IMG/VR virus record: IMGVR_UViG_3300047301_000010
Span: 1 to 26,214 of that record
Strand: one strand, 5' to 3'
DNA from: a virus
Taxonomy: Duplodnaviria; Caudoviricetes
Length of the DNA: 26,214 bases
A model generated the notes under the pieces. It was given only the letters and a program-made list of their open reading frames with translations, did no database searches and was not told the origin of the DNA. This document shows, piece by piece, positions 1 to 8,269 of this stretch. A program made the translations under genes and the position numbers. Positions within the stretch are counted from its first letter, which is position 1. Every line of letters starts with the position of its first letter.

Positions 1-317
1 ATAAAGAGGGGTAAGCTATATAGGATATAATATATACGGTTATATATATTAGTATATTACTATACTAATATTATCTTTTTTTCTTATGTATATTTGATAA
101 TATAATGGTTTAGTTGGTTTAGATGGTAAAGGTGTTTGATTCATAACGGAAAAATAACTAGTCCTACTGTAGACCTACTACGTGATTTTTTACCACGTGG
201 TATAGTTTGCTTTACAACTGATTAAAAAAGAGGCAGTTGTAAAGCAAGCCGGAACGATCGTTCTTATGGCAGGTATCGTCGGGAATGTGCCGCCAGTAAT
301 CGGATAGCCTAAAAGGC

Positions 318-333
318 TGGCACGATTCTTGCT
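318..333 (+). promoter_or_regulatory. sigma-54 (RpoN) -24/-12 promoter consensus
   Basis: TGGCACGATTCTTGCT matches TGGCACG-N4-TTGCW exactly; intergenic, oriented toward the terminase genes. Confidence 0.65.
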
Positions 334-370
334 TAAACCCTGACGGATTTTCGTTTCCACTTTCGGAATG

Positions 371-386
371 GAGTAAGCGCTTACTC
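371..386. promoter_or_regulatory. palindromic operator-like site, copy 1
   Basis: Perfect 16-bp palindrome GAGTAAGCGCTTACTC; core GTRA-N4-TYAC recurs at 459, 636, 2648, 5914 and 16885. Confidence 0.6.
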
Positions 387-458
387 TCAAACATGGCACA
401 ATTCATTTGACATAATATCCCTTCTACGCAATAGACAAACATTATGCGGCTAGAGTGT

Positions 459-470
459 GTAAGCGCTCAC
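459..470. promoter_or_regulatory. palindromic operator-like site, copy 2
   Basis: GTAAGCGCTCAC, 11/12 identical to the copy 1 core. Confidence 0.55.
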
Positions 471-615
471 TGTAAAAGGTGAAGGATTCGGCTTGAGTGG
501 ATGACTGATAGGGGGGGGAGTCTATGATTATATTGTGATGGCGGTGGCAGCCAACGATTCACTAAAAAAATTAAAACAGAATACCCCTACAGGCTAATCA
601 ACTATTCACGGCATA

Positions 616-647
616 TTGACATCCTCTACCAGATAGTGAATACTCAC
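616..647 (+). promoter_or_regulatory. sigma-70 promoter overlapped by operator copy 3
   Basis: TTGACA (616-621), 17-bp spacer, AATACT (639-644); GTGAATACTCAC (636-647) covers the -10; ATG at 652 has no Shine-Dalgarno. Confidence 0.55.
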
Positions 648-651
648 CCCT

Positions 652-1077
652 ATGACGATAATCGACGACACCCAAATACCTGTTCGCTCCGTCACCCGTG
701 TCACAACGGTGGACGACAGCGGTGACTTCCCGCAACTAAAAAAGACGGTAGTAATGACACCGGATGACAAAGCGCGGCTATTGAAAGAGCGCGGAGTCTT
801 GCTGAACTTACGGGGTCATGAGTTGCTTGAGAAGGCGATTGAAGTCGCCCTAGATGATTCGCACGGTGGTCAGATGACTGCGTTGAAGCTGCTCGTGGAT
901 CGCCTGTTACCGATGTCGGCATTTGACGATGCTAAGAACGCGACATCGAGACCTCAAATATCTATCAACATTACGGGGTTGAACGACATCACAGTAACGG
1001 ACACCACAACACACTCAGCGGATGTAGACATCTCGGATGCCGACATCATCACATCCAATGACGAGGACTTACTATGA
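652..1077 (+). CDS. terminase small subunit (putative)
   Basis: 141 aa, upstream of terL; helical core LLEKAIEVALDD..QMTALKLLVDRLLP followed by PQISINITGL, as in small terminases. Confidence 0.65.
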   Translation: MTIIDDTQIPVRSVTRVTTVDDSGDFPQLKKTVVMTPDDKARLLKERGVLLNLRGHELLEKAIEVALDDSHGGQMTALKLLVDRLLPMSAFDDAKNATSRPQISINITGLNDITVTDTTTHSADVDISDADIITSNDEDLL

Positions 1078-1352
1078 CCACAAGCCCCTACACGCACGTC
1101 AAGCGGCCATATCGGGCGTACTGTATGCAGTACACTTCGGAGACGGAGAAGATGGTCGTTGACCTAATAGCTGAAGCAGGAGGCGAAGCCTCGCCGTATG
1201 CTGGTGACTTGATGGTGCGTTGGTTCGGGAAGCAGACACCGGTGATTGATATGTTCCATCGCGGAATGTGGTTACGGCAAGGAGAGAATGGAGTGATTAA
1301 GTTGATGACGGACGCAGAGTTCCAGTTGAAGTACGAGGTATGCCGTGGCTGA
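1074..1352 (+). CDS. small conserved phage hypothetical protein
   Basis: 92 aa, SD GAGGA, ATGA overlap with terS; K-R-P...GMWLRQGENG...EFQLKYE resembles the common KPVVIEA...GDWIIKG...FEKTYE phage family. Confidence 0.7.
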   Translation: MTTSPYTHVKRPYRAYCMQYTSETEKMVVDLIAEAGGEASPYAGDLMVRWFGKQTPVIDMFHRGMWLRQGENGVIKLMTDAEFQLKYEVCRG

Positions 1353-2607
1353 TCTAACGTTTGCGATGTTGCCGTGGCAGAAGGAAGTATTATCCCACCC
1401 TGCCCGTTTTAAGGTAGTAGTAGCTGGTCGTCGATGTGGTAAATCCCGGATGGCGGCGGTGAACTTGCTCATTGAAGGGTTACAGTGTCCGAAAGGGTCG
1501 GCGGTGATGTATGTCACCTCTACGCTTGGGCAAGCCCGTCAGATCATCTGGGATGTATTGCTAGAGTTAGGTCATGGGGTTATTGCTACTGCGAACATTA
1601 ATAACCAGGACATCATGCTAGTAAACGGTGCACGGATATATGTACGAGGTGCAGACAGACCCGATACGTTACGCGGCGTATCGTTGACCTATGTTGTTTT
1701 GGATGAGTACGCTGACGTGAAGCCTATCGTGTGGGAGCAGATTATTCGCGCTGCGCTGTCGGATAAGAAGGGTCGGGCGTTGTTCATCGGTACACCGAAA
1801 GGGCGTAATCACTTCTTCGACCTATTCCATGAAGCGTCGTCTGGTGCAGATCCTGAGTGGAAAGGTTGGCACTTCACAACGGCGGACAATCCGTTGATCG
1901 ACCCTAAAGAGATTGAGGCCGCACGGAATACGTTGTCGTCGTTTGCATTTAAGCAAGAGTATATGGCCTCGTTCGACAACGCCGGTGCTGACGTATTCAA
2001 AGAGCAGTGGTTGAGATACGGCAAAGAACCGCTGGAGGGGTCTTGGTTCATCGCCTGTGACCTAGCGGGGTTTACGGATTCTGCACCAGTTGCAGCTAAT
2101 CGAAAATCTCGACTAGACCAGTCTGCGATTGCGGTAGTGAAGGTGACGGATACGGGAAAATGGTGGGTGAAGAAGATTGAGCATGGGCGTTGGGACGTGC
2201 GCGAGAATGCGGTGCGGATATTGAAAGCGATTCGGGATTACCGGCCATTAGGAATTGGTATCGAAAAAGGTACGACGATGAACGCTGTGATGCCGTACCT
2301 ATCAGACCTAATGCGTAAGAACGGAGTGTACGCCAACGTCAAACCGCTTACCCACAACAACCAGAAAAAGACAGATCGGGTGGTGTGGGCATTGCAAGGA
2401 TTATTCGAGCATGGCCGAATTACCTTGAATGATGAAGAAAATTGGGTAGAGTTTGAAGATCAGTATTTGATGTTTCCAACGAAGAATGTCAAGGATGACC
2501 AGATGGATGCGTTGGCGTATATCTCGCAGATGGCCGTAACGTCGTATGCTGACGATGAAATTGACGACGGCGGTAACGAAGTGATTGACGTAATATCAGG
2601 ATATTAA
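1345..2607 (+). CDS. terL: terminase large subunit
   Basis: Walker A AGRRCGKS, Walker B VVLDE, motif III GTP, nuclease aspartates IACDLA and DDQMDAL. Confidence 0.95.
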   Translation: MADLTFAMLPWQKEVLSHPARFKVVVAGRRCGKSRMAAVNLLIEGLQCPKGSAVMYVTSTLGQARQIIWDVLLELGHGVIATANINNQDIMLVNGARIYVRGADRPDTLRGVSLTYVVLDEYADVKPIVWEQIIRAALSDKKGRALFIGTPKGRNHFFDLFHEASSGADPEWKGWHFTTADNPLIDPKEIEAARNTLSSFAFKQEYMASFDNAGADVFKEQWLRYGKEPLEGSWFIACDLAGFTDSAPVAANRKSRLDQSAIAVVKVTDTGKWWVKKIEHGRWDVRENAVRILKAIRDYRPLGIGIEKGTTMNAVMPYLSDLMRKNGVYANVKPLTHNNQKKTDRVVWALQGLFEHGRITLNDEENWVEFEDQYLMFPTKNVKDDQMDALAYISQMAVTSYADDEIDDGGNEVIDVISGY

Positions 2608-2612
2608 AATGG

Positions 2613-2660
2613 TTGCACAAATATAAAAAATGATATACTACGCGGAAGTAAACACTTACT
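2613..2660 (+). promoter_or_regulatory. extended -10 promoter followed by operator copy 4
   Basis: TG-A-TATACT (2631-2639), TTGCAC at 2613; AGTAAACACTTACT (2647-2660) just downstream of the predicted start site. Confidence 0.55.
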
Positions 2661-2681
2661 AACCGAATTTTGGAGGTCGCT

Positions 2682-3230
2682 ATGTCAGATTTTTCACAAC
2701 CATTAGCTGTTACCGCAGTCCCGTCTAACTTTGCCACATACTTCTTCCGTGCAGCAGATTATGTACCGGCGGCTACTGCGACAGATGTTCTGAACATCAA
2801 AGGCGCAGCGGGTAAAATCATCTACATTACCCGAATCTCAGTAGGTGGTGTTGCGACTGCGGCATCGTTGTATGACCTCTACATCACCCGTCGCACAACG
2901 GCTAACGCGGGCGGCACATTCACTAACCCAGTTGGCGCATCGGCTGACGCACGTGATCCAGCACAGTCAGCTATTGTCACCCAGTATTCTGCCAACCCTA
3001 CGACACTAGGTACAGGTGTTGCCCTTGACGGCGAACGGCTATGGCTACCGGCAGCGGCTACACCTACGGGCGCACCGGGACGATTGGTGTACGATTTTGG
3101 TACACGAGGTGGTAAAGCCCCGACCCTACGTAGCGCGTTGGACTCCATCTCGATTAGTTTCAATGCGCAAGCCGTTCCTGCGGGCGCATCGCTGTACTTG
3201 AACCTAGAATGGGTTGAGGAAGCTGCTTAA
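2682..3230 (+). CDS. hypothetical, probably virion-associated beta-rich protein
   Basis: SD GGAGG at 2672 favours ATG 2682 (182 aa); Ala/Thr/Gly-rich with alternating hydrophobic pattern; between terL and portal. Confidence 0.7.
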   Translation: MSDFSQPLAVTAVPSNFATYFFRAADYVPAATATDVLNIKGAAGKIIYITRISVGGVATAASLYDLYITRRTTANAGGTFTNPVGASADARDPAQSAIVTQYSANPTTLGTGVALDGERLWLPAAATPTGAPGRLVYDFGTRGGKAPTLRSALDSISISFNAQAVPAGASLYLNLEWVEEAA

Positions 3231-3240
3231 GGAGATTGAT

Positions 3241-3378
3241 ATGCCGTTGAAAAAAGGTTCGTCATCTAAAACTGTCAGCGCGAATATTCGCACCGAGATG
3301 AAGCACGGCAAACCGCAGAAGCAAGCGGTGGCCATTGCACTCTCGGTAGCTGGCAAGAGTAAACCCAAAAAGAAATGA
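3241..3378 (+). CDS. small basic phage protein (45 aa), not in ORF track
   Basis: [45 protein letters not shown]; SD AAGGAG; KQAVAIAL motif common near portal genes. Confidence 0.8.
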   Translation: MPLKKGSSSKTVSANIRTEMKHGKPQKQAVAIALSVAGKSKPKKK

Positions 3379-3386
3379 GTTGAACT

Positions 3387-5459
3387 ATGGAACCATCCGA
3401 CTACTCCCTAGACAACACCGCATCGGTAATTGAGCCGATTACTGAAGGTGAAGTTCCTAAGTTCCATGAGCCAACTGAGAACGAGAAAGAACTTCTTGAA
3501 TTCGTTGTTGATCATACGGACGATTGGCGTGAATACCGTGACCAGAATCATCTTGACGACTGGCTGAAGTACGAGCGTATTTTCAAAGGTGAGTGGGCAT
3601 CGGAGGATAAGCAACGTAGTTCCGAGCGGTCGCGTATCGTCTCTCCTGCGACACAACAGGCGATTGAAACCCGCCATGCGGAGATTATGGAAGGTGTATT
3701 TGGTCAGGGTGAGTTCTTTGACATCCAAGACGACGTAATAGACGTAAACGGAACACGAGTTGACATCGAGCAGATGAAAAATCAGCTTAACGAATCGTTT
3801 AAGCAGGATAAAGTCCGTTTGGCGATTGACCATATCGCGTTGATGGCTGAAATCTACGGTACGGGCATTGGTGAAATCACAGTTGGTAAAGAAAAACTGT
3901 ACAAGCCAGCTACAATGCCTATCGACCAGAATACGGCGGCTTATGGTGTGCAGGAATCTGAGCGCGTATCAGTAAAATTGGTACCTGTAAACCCTAAAAA
4001 CTTCCTATTTGACCCAAACGGGCAGTCGATTGACGACTGCATGGGTGTTGCCATCGAGCGTTACGTCTCTATCCACAAAATCGGACATGGCATCGCCACC
4101 GGAAAGTATCTGAATGTCGATATTGGTACGCTTTATGAGGATGATTCTCTGGAATCGACAGTCGAATCCAAGAACTTTGAGAAAAACAAAATCAAAATTC
4201 TGACGTACTACGGTTTAGTCCCTAAAGAGTACCTTGCGGGTGACAATACTGACGTAGTTGACCTATTCGGCAACGAAAAAGAATTGCCCGAAGTCGATGA
4301 TGGCATGGCAGAGGCTTTTGACGACTACGCAGACATGGTAGAAGCTATTATCGTGGTTGCAAATGATTCAGTATTGCTCAAGGCCGAAGAATCGCCGTAC
4401 ATGATGAAGGATCGCCCTGTAATCGCTTTCCAAGCAGATACGGTACCTGGTCGCCTTCTAGGGCGTGGTACAGCGGCTAAAGCGTTTAATATGCAGTCAG
4501 CCATTGATGCACAAATGCGGAGCCATTTAGATGCCTTAGCGTTGACTACAGCCCCTATGGTGGCCGTGGATGCAACACGACTACCGAGAGGCGCGAAGTT
4601 TGAGGTTAAGCCTGGTAAAGCCTTCTTAACCAACGGCGCACCAGCCGAAATCATCATGCCATTCCATTTTGGCACAAACGATGGTCAAGCAATGCAAACG
4701 TCTAAAGAGTTTGAGCGGCTATTACTGATGGCAACCGCTACGTTGGACAGTCAAGGTATGGTATCGGCAGGTAGTCGTGATGGCGGCGGTCTCGCACCGG
4801 CTGTTGCTGGCATTATCAAGAAATACCGTCGGGTGCTGACTAACATTCAGGAACAATTTGTCATTCCATTCGTGAACAAGGCGGCATGGCGTTTCATGCA
4901 GTTCTCGCCAGAAACCTTCCCATCGGTAGATGTGAAGTTCATCCCAACGGCCACGTTAGGTGTAATAGCGCGTGAGTATGAGCAACAGCAGTTAGCATTC
5001 TTGATCCAGACATTGGGTGCGAACTCACCGATGACACCGATTTTGATGCAAGGCATTGTAGCCAACAGCTCATTGTCGAATCGTGAAAAGATTTTGGAAC
5101 AAATGAGTAAGGCATCACAACCTGACCCACAAGCCCAACAACTTGCAATCCAGAAAGACCAAGTTCAAGTTGGATTGGTTCAAGCGCAATCTCAAGAACT
5201 CCAAGCTAAAGCTCAGATGCACCAAGCAACGGCTCAAAAGTTCATAGTTGACTCTCAGATCGCACCAGAGAAAGCCAAAGCAGACATCATGTCGGCTATC
5301 TCTCGTAACCTTCCTGACCAAGACGCGGCGGCTAAGAATGAGTTTGACCGTCGCGTTAAGATCGCTGAACTCATGCTTAAGGAAGAAGATACGAAGAATA
5401 ATCGCGCCCAAGTCGAGATGCAGATGCAGAGTAGTCAATCGAGAGCATTAAATGGATAA
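3387..5459 (+). CDS. portal protein (P22-like, long C-terminal helical barrel)
   Basis: 690 aa after terL; IYGTGIG motif, Gln-rich coiled-coil C-terminus. Confidence 0.9.
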   Translation: MEPSDYSLDNTASVIEPITEGEVPKFHEPTENEKELLEFVVDHTDDWREYRDQNHLDDWLKYERIFKGEWASEDKQRSSERSRIVSPATQQAIETRHAEIMEGVFGQGEFFDIQDDVIDVNGTRVDIEQMKNQLNESFKQDKVRLAIDHIALMAEIYGTGIGEITVGKEKLYKPATMPIDQNTAAYGVQESERVSVKLVPVNPKNFLFDPNGQSIDDCMGVAIERYVSIHKIGHGIATGKYLNVDIGTLYEDDSLESTVESKNFEKNKIKILTYYGLVPKEYLAGDNTDVVDLFGNEKELPEVDDGMAEAFDDYADMVEAIIVVANDSVLLKAEESPYMMKDRPVIAFQADTVPGRLLGRGTAAKAFNMQSAIDAQMRSHLDALALTTAPMVAVDATRLPRGAKFEVKPGKAFLTNGAPAEIIMPFHFGTNDGQAMQTSKEFERLLLMATATLDSQGMVSAGSRDGGGLAPAVAGIIKKYRRVLTNIQEQFVIPFVNKAAWRFMQFSPETFPSVDVKFIPTATLGVIAREYEQQQLAFLIQTLGANSPMTPILMQGIVANSSLSNREKILEQMSKASQPDPQAQQLAIQKDQVQVGLVQAQSQELQAKAQMHQATAQKFIVDSQIAPEKAKADIMSAISRNLPDQDAAAKNEFDRRVKIAELMLKEEDTKNNRAQVEMQMQSSQSRALNG

Positions 5460-5706
5460 GCAACTTCAGGAGTACTACGAATCTCGCTTCTCTATGTTTG
5501 CTGAACGTGGGTGGCGGGATTTAATTGAAGATGTGGTAAAAATACAACAAGCAGTTAATAGCATTTCCGGTATTCCCGACGCTAAAACTTTGCACTTTAA
5601 GCAAGGGGAACTCAGTATTTTGAATTGGTTGCTTAATTTAGAGGCAACAAGTTTAGAAACTTACAACGAAATGAAAGGTGAAAATGCGAATTCTGATGGA
5701 CTATAA
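5452..5706 (+). CDS. conserved head-region hypothetical protein
   Basis: 84 aa helical protein (GWRDLIEDV...LHFKQGELSIL) overlapping the portal stop. Confidence 0.75.
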   Translation: MDKQLQEYYESRFSMFAERGWRDLIEDVVKIQQAVNSISGIPDAKTLHFKQGELSILNWLLNLEATSLETYNEMKGENANSDGL

Positions 5707-5914
5707 GTGTCGGGATTGCGGTCTTATCTCTGAACGATTCTTAGAAGCGGGTACTAAAATTACGGAATGTAAGTGTGGTGGTATCTCCGACAAGATTATT
5801 GGTGTTCCGACCGTGATGTTAGATGGCACGAATCCAGACTATCCGGGCGCATACGGCAAATGGGCAAAAACCCGTGAACAAAACGCTCGCGTCACAGCTA
5901 AACGAAATGGTTAG
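5684..5914 (+). CDS. FmdB-like zinc-ribbon protein
   Basis: DYKCRDCG...ECKCGG; SD AAAGGTG favours ATG 5684. Confidence 0.7.
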   Translation: MRILMDYKCRDCGLISERFLEAGTKITECKCGGISDKIIGVPTVMLDGTNPDYPGAYGKWAKTREQNARVTAKRNG

Positions 5915-5950
5915 TGAGTGCTTGCAAACTTTTTTAAGTAGGTGTATATA
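5914..5950 (+). promoter_or_regulatory. putative sigma-70 promoter with degenerate operator copy 5
   Basis: TTGCAA (5922-5927), 17 bp, TATATA (5945-5950); GTGAGTGCTTGC (5914-5925) overlaps the -35. Confidence 0.45.
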
Positions 5951-5962
5951 GCAATCCCATAC

Positions 5963-6022
5963 GTGTCAGGAATCCCGCAAGGCTCTGACATTCCGAATAA
6001 CCTGCAACCAATAGGACAGGAG
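5963..6022 (+). promoter_or_regulatory. tandem RNA hairpins in the scaffold leader
   Basis: GTGTCAGG/TCTGACAT stem capped by CC-GCAA-GG; CCTG/CAGG stem with CC-AATA-GG overlapping the SD AGGAG. Confidence 0.5.
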
Positions 6023-6029
6023 AAGTAAA

Positions 6030-6833
6030 ATGGCTGAATTATTAGACGACGTGATTGAACCGAGTGAATTAGATGTTGTGGAATCTCAAATTGAGGAAAC
6101 CCACAATAGCGCACCGGAGGAAGTAGCGCAGAAATCTGCTGAAGATGAGTTGCCTGATTTTTATCGGGGGAAAACGACATCGGAGATAGCCAAGATGCAC
6201 CGAGAAGCTACCCAAGCGTTAAGTCGCCAAGGTAATGAGTTAGGTGAGGTTCGCAAACTCGCGGACGAGCTATTGAAATCACAGTTAATGAAGAAAGCCG
6301 AACAAGAGAAGCCAGCGGAAGTTGACTTTTTTGAGAATCCCCAAGAGGCGATTCGTCAAGCGGTAGAGAACAATCCTAAAGTGTTAGCGGCGGAGCAGTA
6401 TTCGCTACAAGCGCAACGGGAAAGTGCTAAACGTGACTTAAACGCAAAACACCCAGACATTGGGCAGATTGTTGGTGATAGTGAATTTATTGACTGGGTG
6501 AAAGCCTCGAAAGTACGTTCCCAATTATTCCAACAAGCGGATCAGAGTTATGATTTAGATGCGGCAGATGAATTGTTATCGACGTTTAAGCAACTACGCG
6601 GCGTAAAGCAACAGCGCGAAACTGCTCAAACCCAACAAGTTGTATCGAACGACACTAAAGTACGCGATCAAGCGTTACGTGCCGCCTCGGTAGAGACGAG
6701 TGGAACGGGTGAATCGACTAAGAAAGTTTATCGCAGTGCGGATTTAATTAGATTGAAAATTCGTGACCCTCAACGGTACGAGGCGATGTCAGATGAAATC
6801 TATCAAGCCTACCAAGATGGTCGCGTTCGATAA
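6030..6833 (+). CDS. capsid scaffolding protein
   Basis: 267 aa acidic and helical, immediately upstream of the capsid gene; C-terminal IYQAYQDGRVR tail. Confidence 0.85.
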   Translation: MAELLDDVIEPSELDVVESQIEETHNSAPEEVAQKSAEDELPDFYRGKTTSEIAKMHREATQALSRQGNELGEVRKLADELLKSQLMKKAEQEKPAEVDFFENPQEAIRQAVENNPKVLAAEQYSLQAQRESAKRDLNAKHPDIGQIVGDSEFIDWVKASKVRSQLFQQADQSYDLDAADELLSTFKQLRGVKQQRETAQTQQVVSNDTKVRDQALRAASVETSGTGESTKKVYRSADLIRLKIRDPQRYEAMSDEIYQAYQDGRVR

Positions 6834-6856
6834 TATAAATTTTAAGGAGTAATACT

Positions 6857-7900
6857 ATGGCACTAGGCTCAAATCAAACAACCGTAACCACTTCGGCTAA
6901 CTTCATTCCGAAAATGTGGTCGGACGAAACCATTGCTGCATACAAAGCCAAACAGGTTTTGGGCAATTTGGTTAAGAAAATTAGCTTCAAAGGCAAAAAA
7001 GGCGACACACTGCATATTCCAGTTCCAGCTCGTGGTTCTGCATCGTCTAAAGCCGCCAACACCCAAGTAACTTTGATTGCTGATACAGCTTCTGAAGTTC
7101 AAGTGTTGATTAACCGTCACTTTGAATACAGTAAATTGTATGAAGATATTGCTGAAATGCAAGCGCTGTCATCTATGCGTTCGTTCTACACTGATGATGC
7201 AGGCTATGCGTTGGCCCAACGTATCGACCGTGATTTGCACCTGTTAGGCGCGGGTTTCAACGGCGGCGTTATCACGGCTGCTGCGGTATACGAAACAGCT
7301 CGTATCGGTGGCGATGGCTTGACTGCATTCGCTGGCGGCGCGGCTGGTACGGCTGTTGGTAACGGTACTGCGTTGACTGATGCTGGTATCCGTAAAATGA
7401 TCCAAGCTTTGGAAGATGCTGATGTGAATTCTGCTGAATTGTCTTTGGTTATCCCACCTGTAGAAGCTGCCGTTCTGCGTGGTATCAACCGTTTCAGTGA
7501 GCAAGCATTCGTTGGTTCTGGTGACGTTATCAAAACTGGTCGTTTAGGCAACCTGTACGGAGTAGAGGTATTTACATCGACTAACTGTCCTTGGATTCAC
7601 GTCAACAACATCACCGGTACACAATCCGTAACCTTCTCGTCTGCTGCCCCTACAGGCGTTGCATTCGTGGATGAACTAGGCTTGACCGTTGACTGGGCAA
7701 CTACCACACCTACAAGCACAAAATACCGTGCGGGTATGTTCTTGCATAAAGACGCAGTATGCTTGGCCGAACAACAAAGCATCCGCACTCAATCGCAATA
7801 TAAACAAGAGTACCTAGGTACTTTGGTTACTTCAGATACCGTTTTCGGTACCAAAGAATTGCGTGACAATGCTGCCGTTGCTTTCATCGTGCCAGCTTAA
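6857..7900 (+). CDS. major capsid protein (HK97 fold, P22-coat-like)
   Basis: 347 aa; FIPKMWS, KKGDTLHIP, GRLGNLYGVEVF, GTLVTSDTVFG; strong SD TAAGGAG; followed by a terminator. Confidence 0.92.
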   Translation: MALGSNQTTVTTSANFIPKMWSDETIAAYKAKQVLGNLVKKISFKGKKGDTLHIPVPARGSASSKAANTQVTLIADTASEVQVLINRHFEYSKLYEDIAEMQALSSMRSFYTDDAGYALAQRIDRDLHLLGAGFNGGVITAAAVYETARIGGDGLTAFAGGAAGTAVGNGTALTDAGIRKMIQALEDADVNSAELSLVIPPVEAAVLRGINRFSEQAFVGSGDVIKTGRLGNLYGVEVFTSTNCPWIHVNNITGTQSVTFSSAAPTGVAFVDELGLTVDWATTTPTSTKYRAGMFLHKDAVCLAEQQSIRTQSQYKQEYLGTLVTSDTVFGTKELRDNAAVAFIVPA

Positions 7901-7916
7901 GTAGTTGATTAAATCA

Positions 7917-7942
7917 GGGCTTCTCGAAAGAGAAGCCCCTTT
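7917..7942 (+). terminator. intrinsic terminator after capsid gene (probably leaky)
   Basis: GGGCTTCTC-GAAA-GAGAAGCCC 9-bp stem with only a short CTTT tail. Confidence 0.7.
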
Positions 7943-7972
7943 CGATAAGCCGCTAATGGCGTTTTATGGAAA

Positions 7973-8173
7973 GTGAAAATCATGACAACATTCAAATGTA
8001 AACGAAGTGGCAACACAGTATCCTTCTTGAGCGAAGATGACATCCGTCAAATGCGAGTTCACGAAGGTTATGATGAGGTATTAGATACCCCAAAACCTAT
8101 TGTATTGGATGAACTTTTAACGATTGAAGAACCTGTTAAGAAAAAGTCCACAAAAGCAAAAAGTTTGCTATAA
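7973..8173 (+). CDS. small hypothetical protein
   Basis: 66 aa (start may be ATG 7982); Lys-rich C-terminus; typical post-capsid position. Confidence 0.65.
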   Translation: MKIMTTFKCKRSGNTVSFLSEDDIRQMRVHEGYDEVLDTPKPIVLDELLTIEEPVKKKSTKAKSLL

Positions 8174-8174
8174 T
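8166..8174 (+). promoter_or_regulatory. extended -10 promoter
   Basis: TGCTATAAT is a perfect TGnTATAAT, about 95 nt upstream of the sulfotransferase-like gene. Confidence 0.6.
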
Positions 8175-8193
8175 CAAGTTAATTAGTAGCATC

Positions 8194-8258
8194 ATGCCGC
8201 CTAGCGATAACATGAGTGATTCAGAAATGGGTTATTCAAATTCGTAGGTGGCATTTTT
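8194..8258 (+). ncRNA. long RNA stem-loop (leader, attenuator, RNase III site or sRNA)
   Basis: ATGCCGCCTA/TAGGTGGCAT, CGA/TCG and TGAGTGATTCA-GAAA-TGGGTTATTCA; five G-U pairs; ends in a T5 run. Confidence 0.55.
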
Positions 8259-8269
8259 ATTAGGTAAAT

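Noticed and set aside
242-346. Possible multibranch RNA (AAGCAA/TTGCTT, GTGCC/GGCAC, AGCCT/AGGCT)
   Set aside because: Short stems with several equally plausible alternatives; part is better explained as the sigma-54 site; needs covariation data
394-409. Second sigma-54-like site TGGCACAATTCATTTG
   Set aside because: Has the -24 element but lacks TTGC at -12
190-442. Minus-strand ORFs 190-399 and 212-442
   Set aside because: No recognisable motifs or RBS, they overlap each other and the sigma-54 and operator sites; likely non-coding
459-470. lac operator or vector contamination
   Set aside because: Lacks AATTG/CAATT flanks, and related sites are integrated at several native intergenic positions
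1061-1072. ACGAGGACTTAC as another operator copy
   Set aside because: Left half-site mismatched; explained by the SD of the next gene
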